33,555 nucleotides of DNA. It comes from a virus. Its lineage: Duplodnaviria > Caudoviricetes. The notes below the pieces were generated by a model. That model searched no databases. It was not told the DNA's origin and saw only the letters and a list, made by a program, of their open reading frames with translations. A program made the translations under genes and the position numbers. Of the stretch, positions 1 through 9,992 are shown one piece after another (positions within the stretch are counted from its first letter, which is position 1; every line of letters begins with the position of its first letter). Location of the stretch: positions 1 to 33,555 of the IMG/VR virus record IMGVR_UViG_3300020045_007906; one strand, given 5' to 3'.

Positions 1-2
1 TA

Positions 3-227
3 TTAATTGAAATATATACCAAAACATCAAGTGCGGGAAATAGCGGTAGCAGGGTATTATTAAACGATATTGAGCAAGCTATTTACACATTATTAAGTCC
101 TAAGTTAACAATATCAGGATTTACAAATTTGACTCAAAACATAACATTTGAGCAACAATTAGAGACAGTAACAGATACGGAAAATATATTCCGTTCATTT
201 TTGAGATTAAATTTAACATTAATATAA
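3..227 (+). CDS. Partial (5'-truncated) putative tail terminator/completion protein
   Basis: Open frame from window start to TAA 225-227 (..ENIFRSFLRLNLTLI*); lies directly before the tail tube gene. Confidence 0.55.
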   Translation, partial: LIEIYTKTSSAGNSGSRVLLNDIEQAIYTLLSPKLTISGFTNLTQNITFEQQLETVTDTENIFRSFLRLNLTLI

Positions 228-233
228 AATACT

Positions 234-674
234 ATGGCATTACCAATTAAAGGAGAATTAGGAATTCTTTATGTACATGACGGCACTATTTACAGACCAG
301 TAGCTTGTTTGACTTCAAACAGTTTGAGTTCTGCGGTTTCAATTATTGAATCACAAACAAAATGTTTTCCGGGAGTTGTAAAAAAACAAGCTGGCGTATT
401 TAGTTATACTATTGATGCTGAAGGCGAGTATATCGATACTACTTCGGTAGGTGGTGAAACTACAAAAGCATCACATGATTACTTATTGACTAAGCAAATT
501 GCAAAAACTGCTATTACTTGGAAATTAGATACGGGAGTTACAGGTGCTGTTTATTATGGTTCTGCAATTCTTTCCGACCTATCATTAGACCAAGGGGCTG
601 GTGACGAAATAAGTACTTTTTCAGTTACTTTAGAAGGCGATGGAGCAATTGCAGCAGTTGACCCTGAAGCGTGA
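234..674 (+). CDS. Major tail (tube) protein
   Basis: 146 aa with VACLTSNSL..., YYGSAILSDLS..., TFSVTLEGDG, a pattern typical of siphophage tail tubes; precedes chaperones and tape measure. Confidence 0.8.
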   Translation: MALPIKGELGILYVHDGTIYRPVACLTSNSLSSAVSIIESQTKCFPGVVKKQAGVFSYTIDAEGEYIDTTSVGGETTKASHDYLLTKQIAKTAITWKLDTGVTGAVYYGSAILSDLSLDQGAGDEISTFSVTLEGDGAIAAVDPEA

Positions 675-731
675 AGTTCAGTTTTTTCAGAACAATTTAC
701 TAATCAATTTGGACTTTAATAATAAATAAAG

Positions 732-1166
732 ATGACTAATACAGCATTAAAGGCTCAAATAGATAGCCAAGTCACAAACGAAACTTTACCTAATAGTATT
801 TCGCCTGCAGACGTGGGGGGTAATTTAAAAGCGGTTGTTGATTATATAGACCAACAAGCACCTATTAAAACAGCTGGTAGTATTGATTTAAGTCTAACGC
901 CACAAGTATTGCCATACGACATGAACTCGTGTAGTTTTGCTGGTGGTATTGCTTATTTGCCTGCTACTGATGTAATAGGTCGTGAAATATACGCTATTGC
1001 AGTTGCTAATAATATAGTAATTAGAGCAAATGTAGCTAATACAAATAAAATGTTTACAACCTTTGGAACGTTCACGCAAAACGTAGTTTTAACCACAAAT
1101 CAAATGTATAGATTTATTTACGTAGGGTTTGAAACAGAGGGGTATTGGAAAGCAGAATTAATCTAA
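732..1166 (+). CDS. Putative tail-associated structural protein
   Basis: 144-aa ORF within the tail operon; no recognisable catalytic motif. Confidence 0.5.
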   Translation: MTNTALKAQIDSQVTNETLPNSISPADVGGNLKAVVDYIDQQAPIKTAGSIDLSLTPQVLPYDMNSCSFAGGIAYLPATDVIGREIYAIAVANNIVIRANVANTNKMFTTFGTFTQNVVLTTNQMYRFIYVGFETEGYWKAELI

Positions 1167-1175
1167 AAAATAATT

Positions 1176-1508
1176 ATGAATAAAAGGAATTTACTTGGAA
1201 TTGACTTCCATTTTGGTATAGGTTTTTTGAACGAGTTACTAAACGGAACAGGTTTAAAACTTGAAGAATTAGGAGCGCAAACAGATGAGGTGTTAATGCC
1301 TAAAATCATGTATTATTCTCGTTTATACGCTTACAAAAGAGAAGATAAAGAGATTGACTTTACAATGTATGATATTAACGATTTAATCGATGATAACGGA
1401 GGTATTGGGGGTAAATTTTGGTTTGATTTTAAAATAGCATTTAATGAATCTATGTTTAAAGACGTGCCGGTTGAAGATAAAAAAAAAGTGAAAGCAGTGT
1501 CGAAATAG
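1176..1508 (+). CDS. Tail assembly chaperone (gpG-like)
   Basis: Between tube and tape measure genes; A9 slippery run at 1479-1487 near the 3' end. Confidence 0.7.
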   Translation: MNKRNLLGIDFHFGIGFLNELLNGTGLKLEELGAQTDEVLMPKIMYYSRLYAYKREDKEIDFTMYDINDLIDDNGGIGGKFWFDFKIAFNESMFKDVPVEDKKKVKAVSK

Positions 1509-1555
1509 ACTTTAAAAAAGATGTCATTTCCTTTGCTTGTGGCGAACTTGGAATT

Positions 1556-1834
1556 ATGCGATTGAGTGATGTTTACGACATGACTTTTGCAGAGTTTCAA
1601 ATTCGCCTTTTTGCTTATAAACGTATGCAGTTAGAGGACTGGAAAAAATACAGGTTGGTTGCTTATAACGCATTAATTGCACCTTATCAGGATTATAAGA
1701 AGTTGCCTAAAACAATGGATAAATTTATGGATTTATCAGGTGGTAAAATTGCTAACAAAGGGGTTAGTGACGAACAAAAACAAAGATTTATAGAGGAGTA
1801 TCAAAAATACCTAAATCAAACAAAATGGCATTAG
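1556..1834 (+). CDS. Tail assembly chaperone C-terminal part (gpT-like), probably made by -1 frameshift
   Basis: The -1 frame is open from the A-run at 1479-1487 through to this ORF (KSESSVEIDFKKDVISFACGELGIMRL...). Confidence 0.7.
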   Translation: MRLSDVYDMTFAEFQIRLFAYKRMQLEDWKKYRLVAYNALIAPYQDYKKLPKTMDKFMDLSGGKIANKGVSDEQKQRFIEEYQKYLNQTKWH

Positions 1835-3630
1835 AAGTACAAATTGGAGCAGATAGTTCGGAATTAAATTCAGAATTAGCAGCAGCCGAAGCAAAATTAA
1901 AAAGGTTAGGGGATTTAAAAGTAAAAAAGACTAAATTAGGGTTAGATACTTCGGATTTAGATAAACAAATTACTTCAACTAAGAATAAGTTAACCGATTT
2001 AAAAGAGTCGGTTAAAACTACTGGTAGTTCGTTTTCCGCTATGACTCCAAAAGTAGCAAATGGTGGAAATGCTTTAATGCAATTTTCACGTATTGCTCAG
2101 GATGCCCCTTATGGTATTATAGGGATAGGAAACAACTTAACTGCTACTGCCGAAGCATTTTCTTATCTTAAAAACCAAACAGGGTCAACAGGCGGTGCAT
2201 TAAAAGCGTTAGCAAGCTCTTTAATGGGTTCGGGCGGTATTTTATTAGGTATTTCATTAGTAACCACCGCATTTACTTTGTTTGCTCAAAGTGGCTTATC
2301 AATTAGCGATGTTGTAGGTAAAATAACAGGTGATTTTGATGCATTAGGCAATTCGTTTAAAACGGTAACCGAGGAAGCTAAAAAATCCGCTGCTGAACAA
2401 ATATCGTCTTTAAAAGGATTGATTGCTATTGCGCAAGACGAAAATCAATCTAAAACAAGAAGGTTAGAAATAATCGACCAAATACAAAAACAATACCCTA
2501 ATTATTTTGGCAATTTAAGTACCGAAAAAATAATGTATGGTAATTTAACAGGAGTTGTTAATGAGCTCACACAAGCATTAGTTAATAAAGCTATAGCTGA
2601 AAAGTTTGCTGGCACTACTGCTGAATCGACTGTAAAGTTATGGCAAGCCAACGCTAAATTAGTAAAAGGAAAAGAAGAACTTGCAAAAGCCGAAGCTGAT
2701 TTTAATTTAGTAGCAAAAGACCCGAGTAAATCGCAATCAGTGCAATTTTATGCAAGTGCAGTTGATAGAGCAAGCGAAAGAGTTAAGAATGCAAGGGAAG
2801 AGGTTTTAAAGTTTAATAAAGAAGTTGAAAGAGGACAGAATATAATTAACATGGCTTCAAAAAAAGCCAGCGGAGTAATAGCCGAACCGTTAACATCACC
2901 AAAAACACCAAAAGCAAAAGCAATAGGTTCGACTCCACAGGTTAGCGGTTTAACTTCGAGTATTGAGCCATCAGGGTTAGTAGAGACAAGCGGTAAAGTT
3001 TTAGAAATAGCTAAAAACGTTCAAGGTGCTGAAGGCGTTATTGCTACTTCTATGGGTAATATACGAACCAATTTCGACACAAGCGGTTTGTATATGTTAG
3101 AAAACTTAAAGCAATTAAATGAAGATTTAAATGCTTTAATAACAGGAAGTTTAGCAGACACATTTGGACAATTAGGAACTTCTATTGGCGAGGCATTAGC
3201 GACTGGTAGCAATGTGCTTGGAGCGATAGGAAATACTTTATTGCAAAGTTTAGGTAAGTTCTTATCTGATATGGGGGGTATGCTTATTCAATACGGTACT
3301 TTAGCGGTCGTTAAGGGTCAATTAGATTTAGCTATTGCTACGGGTGGTCCTGCTGCTATTGTTGCTGGTATTGCTGCTATTGGAGTAGGAATAGCTTTAA
3401 AAGCAATAGGTGGAGCAATTGGAGCAAAAGCAAAAGGAGGTAGTAGTTCTGGTTCGGTTTCAACAGGTGCAAGCGTTTCGAGTCCCACGTCTTCGACTTC
3501 AAGTTCTGGAAGTTCTGGATTTACAGGCGGAACGGTTGTGTTTGAAATAAGCGGTCAATCATTAATAGGTGTACTTTCTAATACTTTAGATAAAAATAAA
3601 CGATTGGGTGGTGCGATAAGTTTAGGTTAA
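1825..3630 (+). CDS. Tape measure protein
   Basis: 601 aa, Ala/Gly/Ser-rich helical protein with RIAQDAPYG motif; follows the chaperone pair. Confidence 0.85.
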   Translation: MALEVQIGADSSELNSELAAAEAKLKRLGDLKVKKTKLGLDTSDLDKQITSTKNKLTDLKESVKTTGSSFSAMTPKVANGGNALMQFSRIAQDAPYGIIGIGNNLTATAEAFSYLKNQTGSTGGALKALASSLMGSGGILLGISLVTTAFTLFAQSGLSISDVVGKITGDFDALGNSFKTVTEEAKKSAAEQISSLKGLIAIAQDENQSKTRRLEIIDQIQKQYPNYFGNLSTEKIMYGNLTGVVNELTQALVNKAIAEKFAGTTAESTVKLWQANAKLVKGKEELAKAEADFNLVAKDPSKSQSVQFYASAVDRASERVKNAREEVLKFNKEVERGQNIINMASKKASGVIAEPLTSPKTPKAKAIGSTPQVSGLTSSIEPSGLVETSGKVLEIAKNVQGAEGVIATSMGNIRTNFDTSGLYMLENLKQLNEDLNALITGSLADTFGQLGTSIGEALATGSNVLGAIGNTLLQSLGKFLSDMGGMLIQYGTLAVVKGQLDLAIATGGPAAIVAGIAAIGVGIALKAIGGAIGAKAKGGSSSGSVSTGASVSSPTSSTSSSGSSGFTGGTVVFEISGQSLIGVLSNTLDKNKRLGGAISLG

Positions 3631-3649
3631 AAATCATTATATTTGTAAA

Positions 3650-5896
3650 ATGGCAAAAAGAATAATTATATCGTTTACAGATAATCCCGTTTTGGGAACT
3701 GCTTTAAATTTGGGTATTTTAGTAAATGATTTAGCTATTGTTTATAATTCAGGTGGGGTTTATATGAGTATTGATTATGATACTACCGATACGATACCTA
3801 ATAAAATACAATTACAGGATAATTTAAACGACACGATAAACAAAACATTGGCTTTTCTTATCGCTAATTGGACTGCTGACTTTATCTCTTATAAGCGTGT
3901 AAATGATACAATAGAGATGCTTATTTTAGCTGATGACATAACTGTATCAATCGGAGTATTAAATGCTAATATAAGTGTAATTGCCGAGCTTATTTCTGAT
4001 AATGAAAATCTAAATCTTAGATATTTTTTTCAATATACAAATAACGTTAACGATACTTTTTTATGTCAAATATTTAAAAAGTATTATTTAGGTGAATCGT
4101 TAGAAATTCATGGCAAAGCTATACTTGAAAAAGGGAGCGTTTCTGACCATTTAGACAGCATCCGAGGGACTGGCTTGTCTTTGGAATTAGAAGCCGATTT
4201 AAATGTTGCTTTAGAAGATTTATACACGCAAGACGAGCAAGACTTTACTGTTAAATTTTATAAAAACAACAAAATAATATTTAGAGGATTTCTAAAACCT
4301 GATGGTATTTACCAATCATTTGTGCGTGATGCATGGGTATTAAATTTAGATTGTGTTGATGGTTTAGGTGCTTTGTCTAACTTATCATTTGTAAAAGATA
4401 ACGGAGTGCGGTTTGTTGGAAAAATGAAAGCAAGTGATATAGTGTATTATTGCTTAAAAAGAACTGGTATTTTATTACCTATAAATACTTCGATTAACAC
4501 GCTTTACGATGGATTGACCCCAAGCGATAATTTAGATATTTTAACTAAAATACAATTAAATGCCGACCGTTTCTTTAAAAACGATAGTCAATCAACAGGA
4601 GACGGTACTTTAATGAGTTGCGAGGAAGTTTTAAAGTCTGTTTTAGACATATTTTGCGCATGTATAACGCAAGAAAACGGAGAATGGTATATTTATAAAG
4701 CAAACGAAATATATAAAAATCCTTACGTATTATTTAGACGCTATGATATTGATAATGTTTATTTAGGAAATAAAACGATTAATTTAAATAAAGTTTTAGG
4801 TTCGCAAATTGACAACTTTTATCCGCATCATTGCTCAGGAAATCAAAGAATTGAAATAAAAGGCGGCGTTTCTGCTTTTAGATTAGGATATAAATATGGA
4901 TTTGTTAGTGGGTTATTTCCTAATAGCTTATTAATTCATGATAATTCTTTAAATTATGCAGGTTGGGACGTTAATGAAACTAACTTTTCATACTTAATTA
5001 ATGACCCGTTGGATGATTCAGGTTTTAAAATGACACCAGATACAACTCCATCGAGTCCTATTAAATTATTAGCGACATCTGATTCTATTTTATTAAACAA
5101 AAACGACACTTTTAATTTTAAAGTAACGGTAAAGGCTAACGGTAGCACACGTTTTTTCTTTAGAATTAGACACGGTTTGTATTCTATGGACGTGAATGGC
5201 GTTTGGGTTTTAGATAGCGTTTCATTTGCTTATGTACAACCTCAAATATTCGGAACAGAACAAGCGAGCGGTGGAGTAATTACCAAAACATACGACATTC
5301 CTTCTTTGCCTTTACCTAATGATGGAAGCGTTTTTGTGGAAGTTTATGTAGCTAAATCAGGGACTTTGTTACAAAACCCATTAAATGCTACAATGGCTGA
5401 AATTTCAAATTTGGATTTGATTAATACTTTTGCTGGCGATAGCGTTATAGGTGAGTTTCACACGGTTTCACGAACTAAAAAGGTAAGTTCAATCGTAAAA
5501 GAAAATAAATCGGTAGCTAACGGTGACAATGCGGGAATTGTTTATTTAGGTGCTATATTTAAAGAGGACGGAATAACTCCGACCCAAACATGGTCAAGAA
5601 GCGGAAGCTTTGAAAATTATCCACTTTTAAGAATAGCAGCTGAAGAAGAATTAAGAATAGCACAAAAACCATTAAAAGTATTTAAAGGTTCTGCGTTTGG
5701 CTTTATGTCTTATTTTTCATATATAAACATTAATAATATTGAAGGTAAATTTTTTCCTATTGAGTATTCATACGACACAAAAAATAACATAACAGATTTT
5801 AAATTGTTAGAGTTATTTTCTGCTGAAATACCTGATATTTTATATAAATTTACCTACGATTATGGTACAGTAGTACGTCCTACTATTGTGGGGTAA
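3650..5896 (+). CDS. Tail tip/hub structural protein
   Basis: 748 aa directly after tape measure; beta-rich. Confidence 0.6.
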   Translation: MAKRIIISFTDNPVLGTALNLGILVNDLAIVYNSGGVYMSIDYDTTDTIPNKIQLQDNLNDTINKTLAFLIANWTADFISYKRVNDTIEMLILADDITVSIGVLNANISVIAELISDNENLNLRYFFQYTNNVNDTFLCQIFKKYYLGESLEIHGKAILEKGSVSDHLDSIRGTGLSLELEADLNVALEDLYTQDEQDFTVKFYKNNKIIFRGFLKPDGIYQSFVRDAWVLNLDCVDGLGALSNLSFVKDNGVRFVGKMKASDIVYYCLKRTGILLPINTSINTLYDGLTPSDNLDILTKIQLNADRFFKNDSQSTGDGTLMSCEEVLKSVLDIFCACITQENGEWYIYKANEIYKNPYVLFRRYDIDNVYLGNKTINLNKVLGSQIDNFYPHHCSGNQRIEIKGGVSAFRLGYKYGFVSGLFPNSLLIHDNSLNYAGWDVNETNFSYLINDPLDDSGFKMTPDTTPSSPIKLLATSDSILLNKNDTFNFKVTVKANGSTRFFFRIRHGLYSMDVNGVWVLDSVSFAYVQPQIFGTEQASGGVITKTYDIPSLPLPNDGSVFVEVYVAKSGTLLQNPLNATMAEISNLDLINTFAGDSVIGEFHTVSRTKKVSSIVKENKSVANGDNAGIVYLGAIFKEDGITPTQTWSRSGSFENYPLLRIAAEEELRIAQKPLKVFKGSAFGFMSYFSYININNIEGKFFPIEYSYDTKNNITDFKLLELFSAEIPDILYKFTYDYGTVVRPTIVG

Positions 5897-6428
5897 CTGT
5901 AAAATAAACACAAGATGTTTTATTTTTATTTTGTCCGTTTAGGTTTTTAGAAAGTATATTGTAATTAATTAATAAATCTTCAGAAGCTAATTTTAAACTG
6001 TCGTAAATTTTATTAGTTTTTGTATCTAATATTTTTCTTGATTTGAAATTTTCTTTTCCTGTTTTATTATAAAAGTTACATAAAATACCCATTTTACCTT
6101 GTTTTAAACCTATTTTATGAGCGTGTTTTTGATTTTCTGAATTAGTACACCATTCTAAATTTTCAACTCTATTATCGTCTTTTATGCCGTTAATATGATT
6201 TACTTGTGGTTTGTTTAGTTGGTTTAATATAAAAGTAGAAGCTACTAATCTATGTAATTTAACAGTTTTTTTAGTTTTATTTTTTACAAAAGTAGATATA
6301 ACATATCCGTTTTTGTCAAAACATCCTTTTATTTTTCTTTCTTTTAATAATTTAATATTTTTAAAATTACCAAAATTGCTTACTTTGTACAAGCCTTCGT
6401 AACCTTTAACATCTTTCCAAATTTCCAT
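5883..6428 (-). CDS. NUMOD4-HNH homing endonuclease
   Basis: N-terminal EIWKDVKGYEGLYKVSNFG (NUMOD4); HRLVA..VNHINGIKDDNRVENLEWCT (HNH); inserted antisense in the tail operon. Confidence 0.9.
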   Translation of the reverse strand: MEIWKDVKGYEGLYKVSNFGNFKNIKLLKERKIKGCFDKNGYVISTFVKNKTKKTVKLHRLVASTFILNQLNKPQVNHINGIKDDNRVENLEWCTNSENQKHAHKIGLKQGKMGILCNFYNKTGKENFKSRKILDTKTNKIYDSLKLASEDLLINYNILSKNLNGQNKNKTSCVYFTVTPQ

Positions 6429-6574
6429 AATACAAAAAGCTAAACTTTCCCCGATTCAGGCGGGTACTTGTTTAGCTTTAAATTAAATTTTAATATCGAC
6501 TTCCTGAATTTCGATATGTAAATATACAAAAAAATTAATTAATTTCGTATATTTGTTTAAATTAAGTTTTACTA

Positions 6575-7087
6575 ATGGAATTTATAAACGGAGAAGATAG
6601 GATTTTATACTTTAAGATAAACAATAGCTGGTTGCCAGTTGGTTGTTTAACTGAAAATTCACTTGAAGAAACGAGCGAGTTTTTAGATACAACTACACGA
6701 GATAATGAGGGTTGGAATACCTCAAGACCAATAGGACAATCTTATAACATATCATTTGCAGGTTTGCAGTTAAATTCAACGGTAGCAGGTGGAAATTTTA
6801 ACGTTGCAAGTTTAGACAGATTGAAGCAATTAAAACGCGATAGGATATTATTAGAATGGAAATTTCAGGGTAGTATTTATCCAATTGTTGATTATGGAAA
6901 ATGCTATATTAATTCATTATCCGACCCTAATACAGTTGGCGAATTAATATCTTTTAGCGGTTCTGCTATTGGATTTGGTAAGCCTTTGACCGCAAGTTTA
7001 GGAACAACAGTTTTAAATAATGGAAATCCTGATGTAATCATAAACAACGGAGACGAGAATGTAATTTTAAGAACAAAAGAAATATGA
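6575..7087 (+). CDS. Second tail-tube-like protein
   Basis: PVGCLTENSL...YGKCYINSLS...SFSGSAIGFG parallels the 234-674 protein. Confidence 0.6.
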   Translation: MEFINGEDRILYFKINNSWLPVGCLTENSLEETSEFLDTTTRDNEGWNTSRPIGQSYNISFAGLQLNSTVAGGNFNVASLDRLKQLKRDRILLEWKFQGSIYPIVDYGKCYINSLSDPNTVGELISFSGSAIGFGKPLTASLGTTVLNNGNPDVIINNGDENVILRTKEI

Positions 7088-7644
7088 TAAATCCTGATTT
7101 AATAACGACGGTAAGAGTTGGGGAATTAGCACCAGAACCGTTTTTGCTTACTGATTTAATCCCGCATGAAGTTGGAACGGATTTGAAAAGCGGTACAGTA
7201 CAACAACTTTTGGATTTATTACGTCCTTTGGTAGGTAAGTTGCAATATGAAGTCATAGAAATGGATGTGACAACCCAATATATAACAGATAATTTTGATA
7301 GTACAGGATTAGGAATTAATTTATGCGAAGGGTTTGCAATTTGCAACGGGAACAACGGGACGAAAAATAGAGACGGCAGAGGTACTATTGGATACGGAAC
7401 TGTTAATAGTTTTGTAGGCTTTACGGGAGGTTCAAATGCACGCTCTTTGTCTATTCCTATTTCGGGTTATGGAGTTGGAGCAGATACAGGTGGAGGCACG
7501 GCAGGGCTTTTAATAGTATCTTCAGGGCAAAATGAAAGTGGCGAGTTTTTAGAGTCGGTTAAAAAAGCAAGTGCTACAACAAGTGCAATTTCTTTCGATG
7601 TTCAATCGCCTTATTTAGTAACATTAATGATAATGAAATTATGA
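7084..7644 (+). CDS. Tail fibre/collar-like protein
   Basis: GFAICNGNNGT...GR...G...PYLVTLMIMKL collar-like pattern; N-terminal ~42 aa paralogous to 7641-9596. Confidence 0.6.
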   Translation: MINPDLITTVRVGELAPEPFLLTDLIPHEVGTDLKSGTVQQLLDLLRPLVGKLQYEVIEMDVTTQYITDNFDSTGLGINLCEGFAICNGNNGTKNRDGRGTIGYGTVNSFVGFTGGSNARSLSIPISGYGVGADTGGGTAGLLIVSSGQNESGEFLESVKKASATTSAISFDVQSPYLVTLMIMKL

Positions 7645-9596
7645 TAGACCCAACAGTAGTAAGTACAATTAGAGTAGGCGAACTATCGCCAGAACCATTT
7701 AGTTTAACGGATAATGTACCACATGAAGTAGGTACTGAATTGAAACGAGGTACTATCGAAGATTTAGCAACGTTTATAAGTGCTTTTATCGGTTCAACTG
7801 ACGGTGTAGGTTTTAGAGCTATTTCGGTAACTGACGGTCAAACATTACCAACTACAACACAGCAAGAATTTATATTAGTAGGAAAAGGAACTTATTATAA
7901 CGTAGTAGGTGGCTCTACTATTATATGTACTGAAGAACTTAATGCAATAGTAAGTAATGGCTCTTATTGGTTTATAGGTGTTGAAATTCCTGTAAATGTA
8001 GAGTTGGCAGGTATTACGCAATTTATTAGAGATGGCTTTACAAACACTACTCCAAGCGAGGATGTTGTTTATGAAGCGTTAGCATTAAAAGCAAATGTAG
8101 CCGATTCTGAAAATATAGCCAACAAACAAAACAACTTAACCCCCGACGGCACAGGAACTAAATACCCAACTGTTGATGCTGTTAACGCTGGGTTGCCTGT
8201 AAATTACTCTAAAATAGTTTATGTAAATGCAACTTCACCAATAACAGCTACTATTTTCGACACTGAAAACCCACCTGTTACGAATGACAATTTATTAAAA
8301 AATGATGTTGCTAATTTATATATAGGAACGGATGCGAGTACATGGGTTTATAATTCAACAACATACGTAACTAAAACAGTAACAGCGACAAGTTCTAACT
8401 TCTATTTAGCCGGCACAACTACTGATGCTGGAAATACTAAGACTGGGCACATTACGCGTTCTGGAGCTATTACACTTACAGGACCATTAAATATTTTAAA
8501 TTTAAAAATATCTTCTACACCTGTTACTTCTGTAGGTTCACCTGATATTCTAACAAGAAATCCGAGTACTACCGCTTTAGAGAAAAAGTTGGTTAGTGAT
8601 TTTTTACAGACAACAGGAAATCAAAATTTTACAGGCTCTAAAACAGGAATTTCAACAGATGCAAATCCTACTACTTTAGCTTTAACAAATAGTAACACAA
8701 CAACCGGATACGCTGTTGCAAGTTTTACTAATTCATCAACATCAAGCATAAGTGGTTCGAGTGCTTTATTATTGAATAATGACAACACTGGGAGTGATGC
8801 TTCTGCAATTCAAGTAAGAAATAACTCTACTGGTTTAGGATTTTTTCTAAAAAATCTATCAAGTGGAATAGGTACTTTTTTTGAAAATTGGAGTACTGGA
8901 GTCGGATTTCAATATAATTCAAGAACTGGCTCAACTGGAGACTTAATTAGATTTACTAAAAATACAGCTACAACAACAAGTATAAACCATTTGGGCGAGA
9001 TTAACACAATGAATCCTACCGTTTCAACACAAGTTGCAACGAAAGGATATACTGATGGAAAAATAACCCAAACAATAACCAACGGAGTAACTGACAAGTC
9101 ACCAAGTGAAGATGCTGTTTATGATGCTATTGATGGGGTTGTTAAGACTATAATTTCAGACACACCCACAAGCACGAATACAGGAGGTGTTAGTGAGGTT
9201 TTAATGCATACTTACACTATTGCAGGAGGTAAATTGCCTACTTCATGTATGCCTAATTTAAAGATTAGATTTAGTAAATCAGGAACTGCAGGAACGTGTA
9301 CTTTGAGGGTTAAGGTTAATAGCGTTAATGATTTTTCTACTTCTACAACAATTGCAACTTATACAGCAGCTAATACGGTTAATGCTTTTGTAGCTGTAAG
9401 AAATCCATCTATAACAGCAAGCACATTGGTTGTTACAAATTCGACAGTTTCTTTAATAAATGACGAAACAACTTCTACTTCTGGAGGTTCATCGATAACA
9501 TATGACCCAAGCGTAACGCAATATTGGTTTATTTCATTACAAAATTCAGATTCTGGAGATACTACAAGAGTTCGTTCGATTAAATTAGTAAATTAA
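7641..9596 (+). CDS. Tail fibre / receptor-binding protein
   Basis: 651 aa, Thr/Ser/Asn-rich, internal repeat (TTPSEDVVYEA / KSPSEDAVYDA), end of tail operon. Confidence 0.7.
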   Translation: MIDPTVVSTIRVGELSPEPFSLTDNVPHEVGTELKRGTIEDLATFISAFIGSTDGVGFRAISVTDGQTLPTTTQQEFILVGKGTYYNVVGGSTIICTEELNAIVSNGSYWFIGVEIPVNVELAGITQFIRDGFTNTTPSEDVVYEALALKANVADSENIANKQNNLTPDGTGTKYPTVDAVNAGLPVNYSKIVYVNATSPITATIFDTENPPVTNDNLLKNDVANLYIGTDASTWVYNSTTYVTKTVTATSSNFYLAGTTTDAGNTKTGHITRSGAITLTGPLNILNLKISSTPVTSVGSPDILTRNPSTTALEKKLVSDFLQTTGNQNFTGSKTGISTDANPTTLALTNSNTTTGYAVASFTNSSTSSISGSSALLLNNDNTGSDASAIQVRNNSTGLGFFLKNLSSGIGTFFENWSTGVGFQYNSRTGSTGDLIRFTKNTATTTSINHLGEINTMNPTVSTQVATKGYTDGKITQTITNGVTDKSPSEDAVYDAIDGVVKTIISDTPTSTNTGGVSEVLMHTYTIAGGKLPTSCMPNLKIRFSKSGTAGTCTLRVKVNSVNDFSTSTTIATYTAANTVNAFVAVRNPSITASTLVVTNSTVSLINDETTSTSGGSSITYDPSVTQYWFISLQNSDSGDTTRVRSIKLVN

Positions 9597-9600
9597 TATC

Positions 9601-9771
9601 ATGATATACACAATTTTAAACAAAGAGGGAAAAGAATTATATGCTACTCAATACATAAGCAATTTGCAAGAAAATGAAATAGCAATCGAACAGTTAAGGA
9701 CTGAAAAAGACGGAGAAATGGATAACCCATACTTCGACTTTGAAACAAAAGAATTTTATAATAAACTTTAA
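9601..9771 (+). CDS. Small protein, possible fibre chaperone (56 aa, not in ORF track)
   Basis: ATG 9601 to TAA 9771, MIYTILNKEGKELYAT...PYFDFETKEFYNKL; fills the gap after the fibre gene. Confidence 0.6.
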   Translation: MIYTILNKEGKELYATQYISNLQENEIAIEQLRTEKDGEMDNPYFDFETKEFYNKL

Positions 9772-9783
9772 AATAAATTAAAT

Positions 9784-9966
9784 ATGAAAAATTACAAAAC
9801 AACTTTAGCTGGATTGATTGCGTCTTTACCAATTGCAATAGACGCCTTAATCACTTCTTATAATGCAGGTGCTTTTACAGATAAATCAGGCGGTCAGTTA
9901 TTGGTAGCTATCGGGATTGCATTATTTGCACGATTTGCACAAGACAGTAAGAAAGAAGTTAAATAG
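9784..9966 (+). CDS. Putative holin
   Basis: 60 aa, two hydrophobic segments, charged C-terminus, upstream of endolysin. Confidence 0.65.
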   Translation: MKNYKTTLAGLIASLPIAIDALITSYNAGAFTDKSGGQLLVAIGIALFARFAQDSKKEVK

Positions 9967-9992
9967 AATAATTACGCATAATTGCCCCTATT

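Noticed and set aside
5883-6574. Group I intron around the HNH gene
   Set aside because: Flanking genes appear complete, the HNH gene is antisense and free-standing, and no intron core was recognisable
7641-9596. Diversity-generating retroelement or shufflon acting on the tail fibre
   Set aside because: No reverse transcriptase, TR/VR pair or inverted alternative C-termini seen in the window
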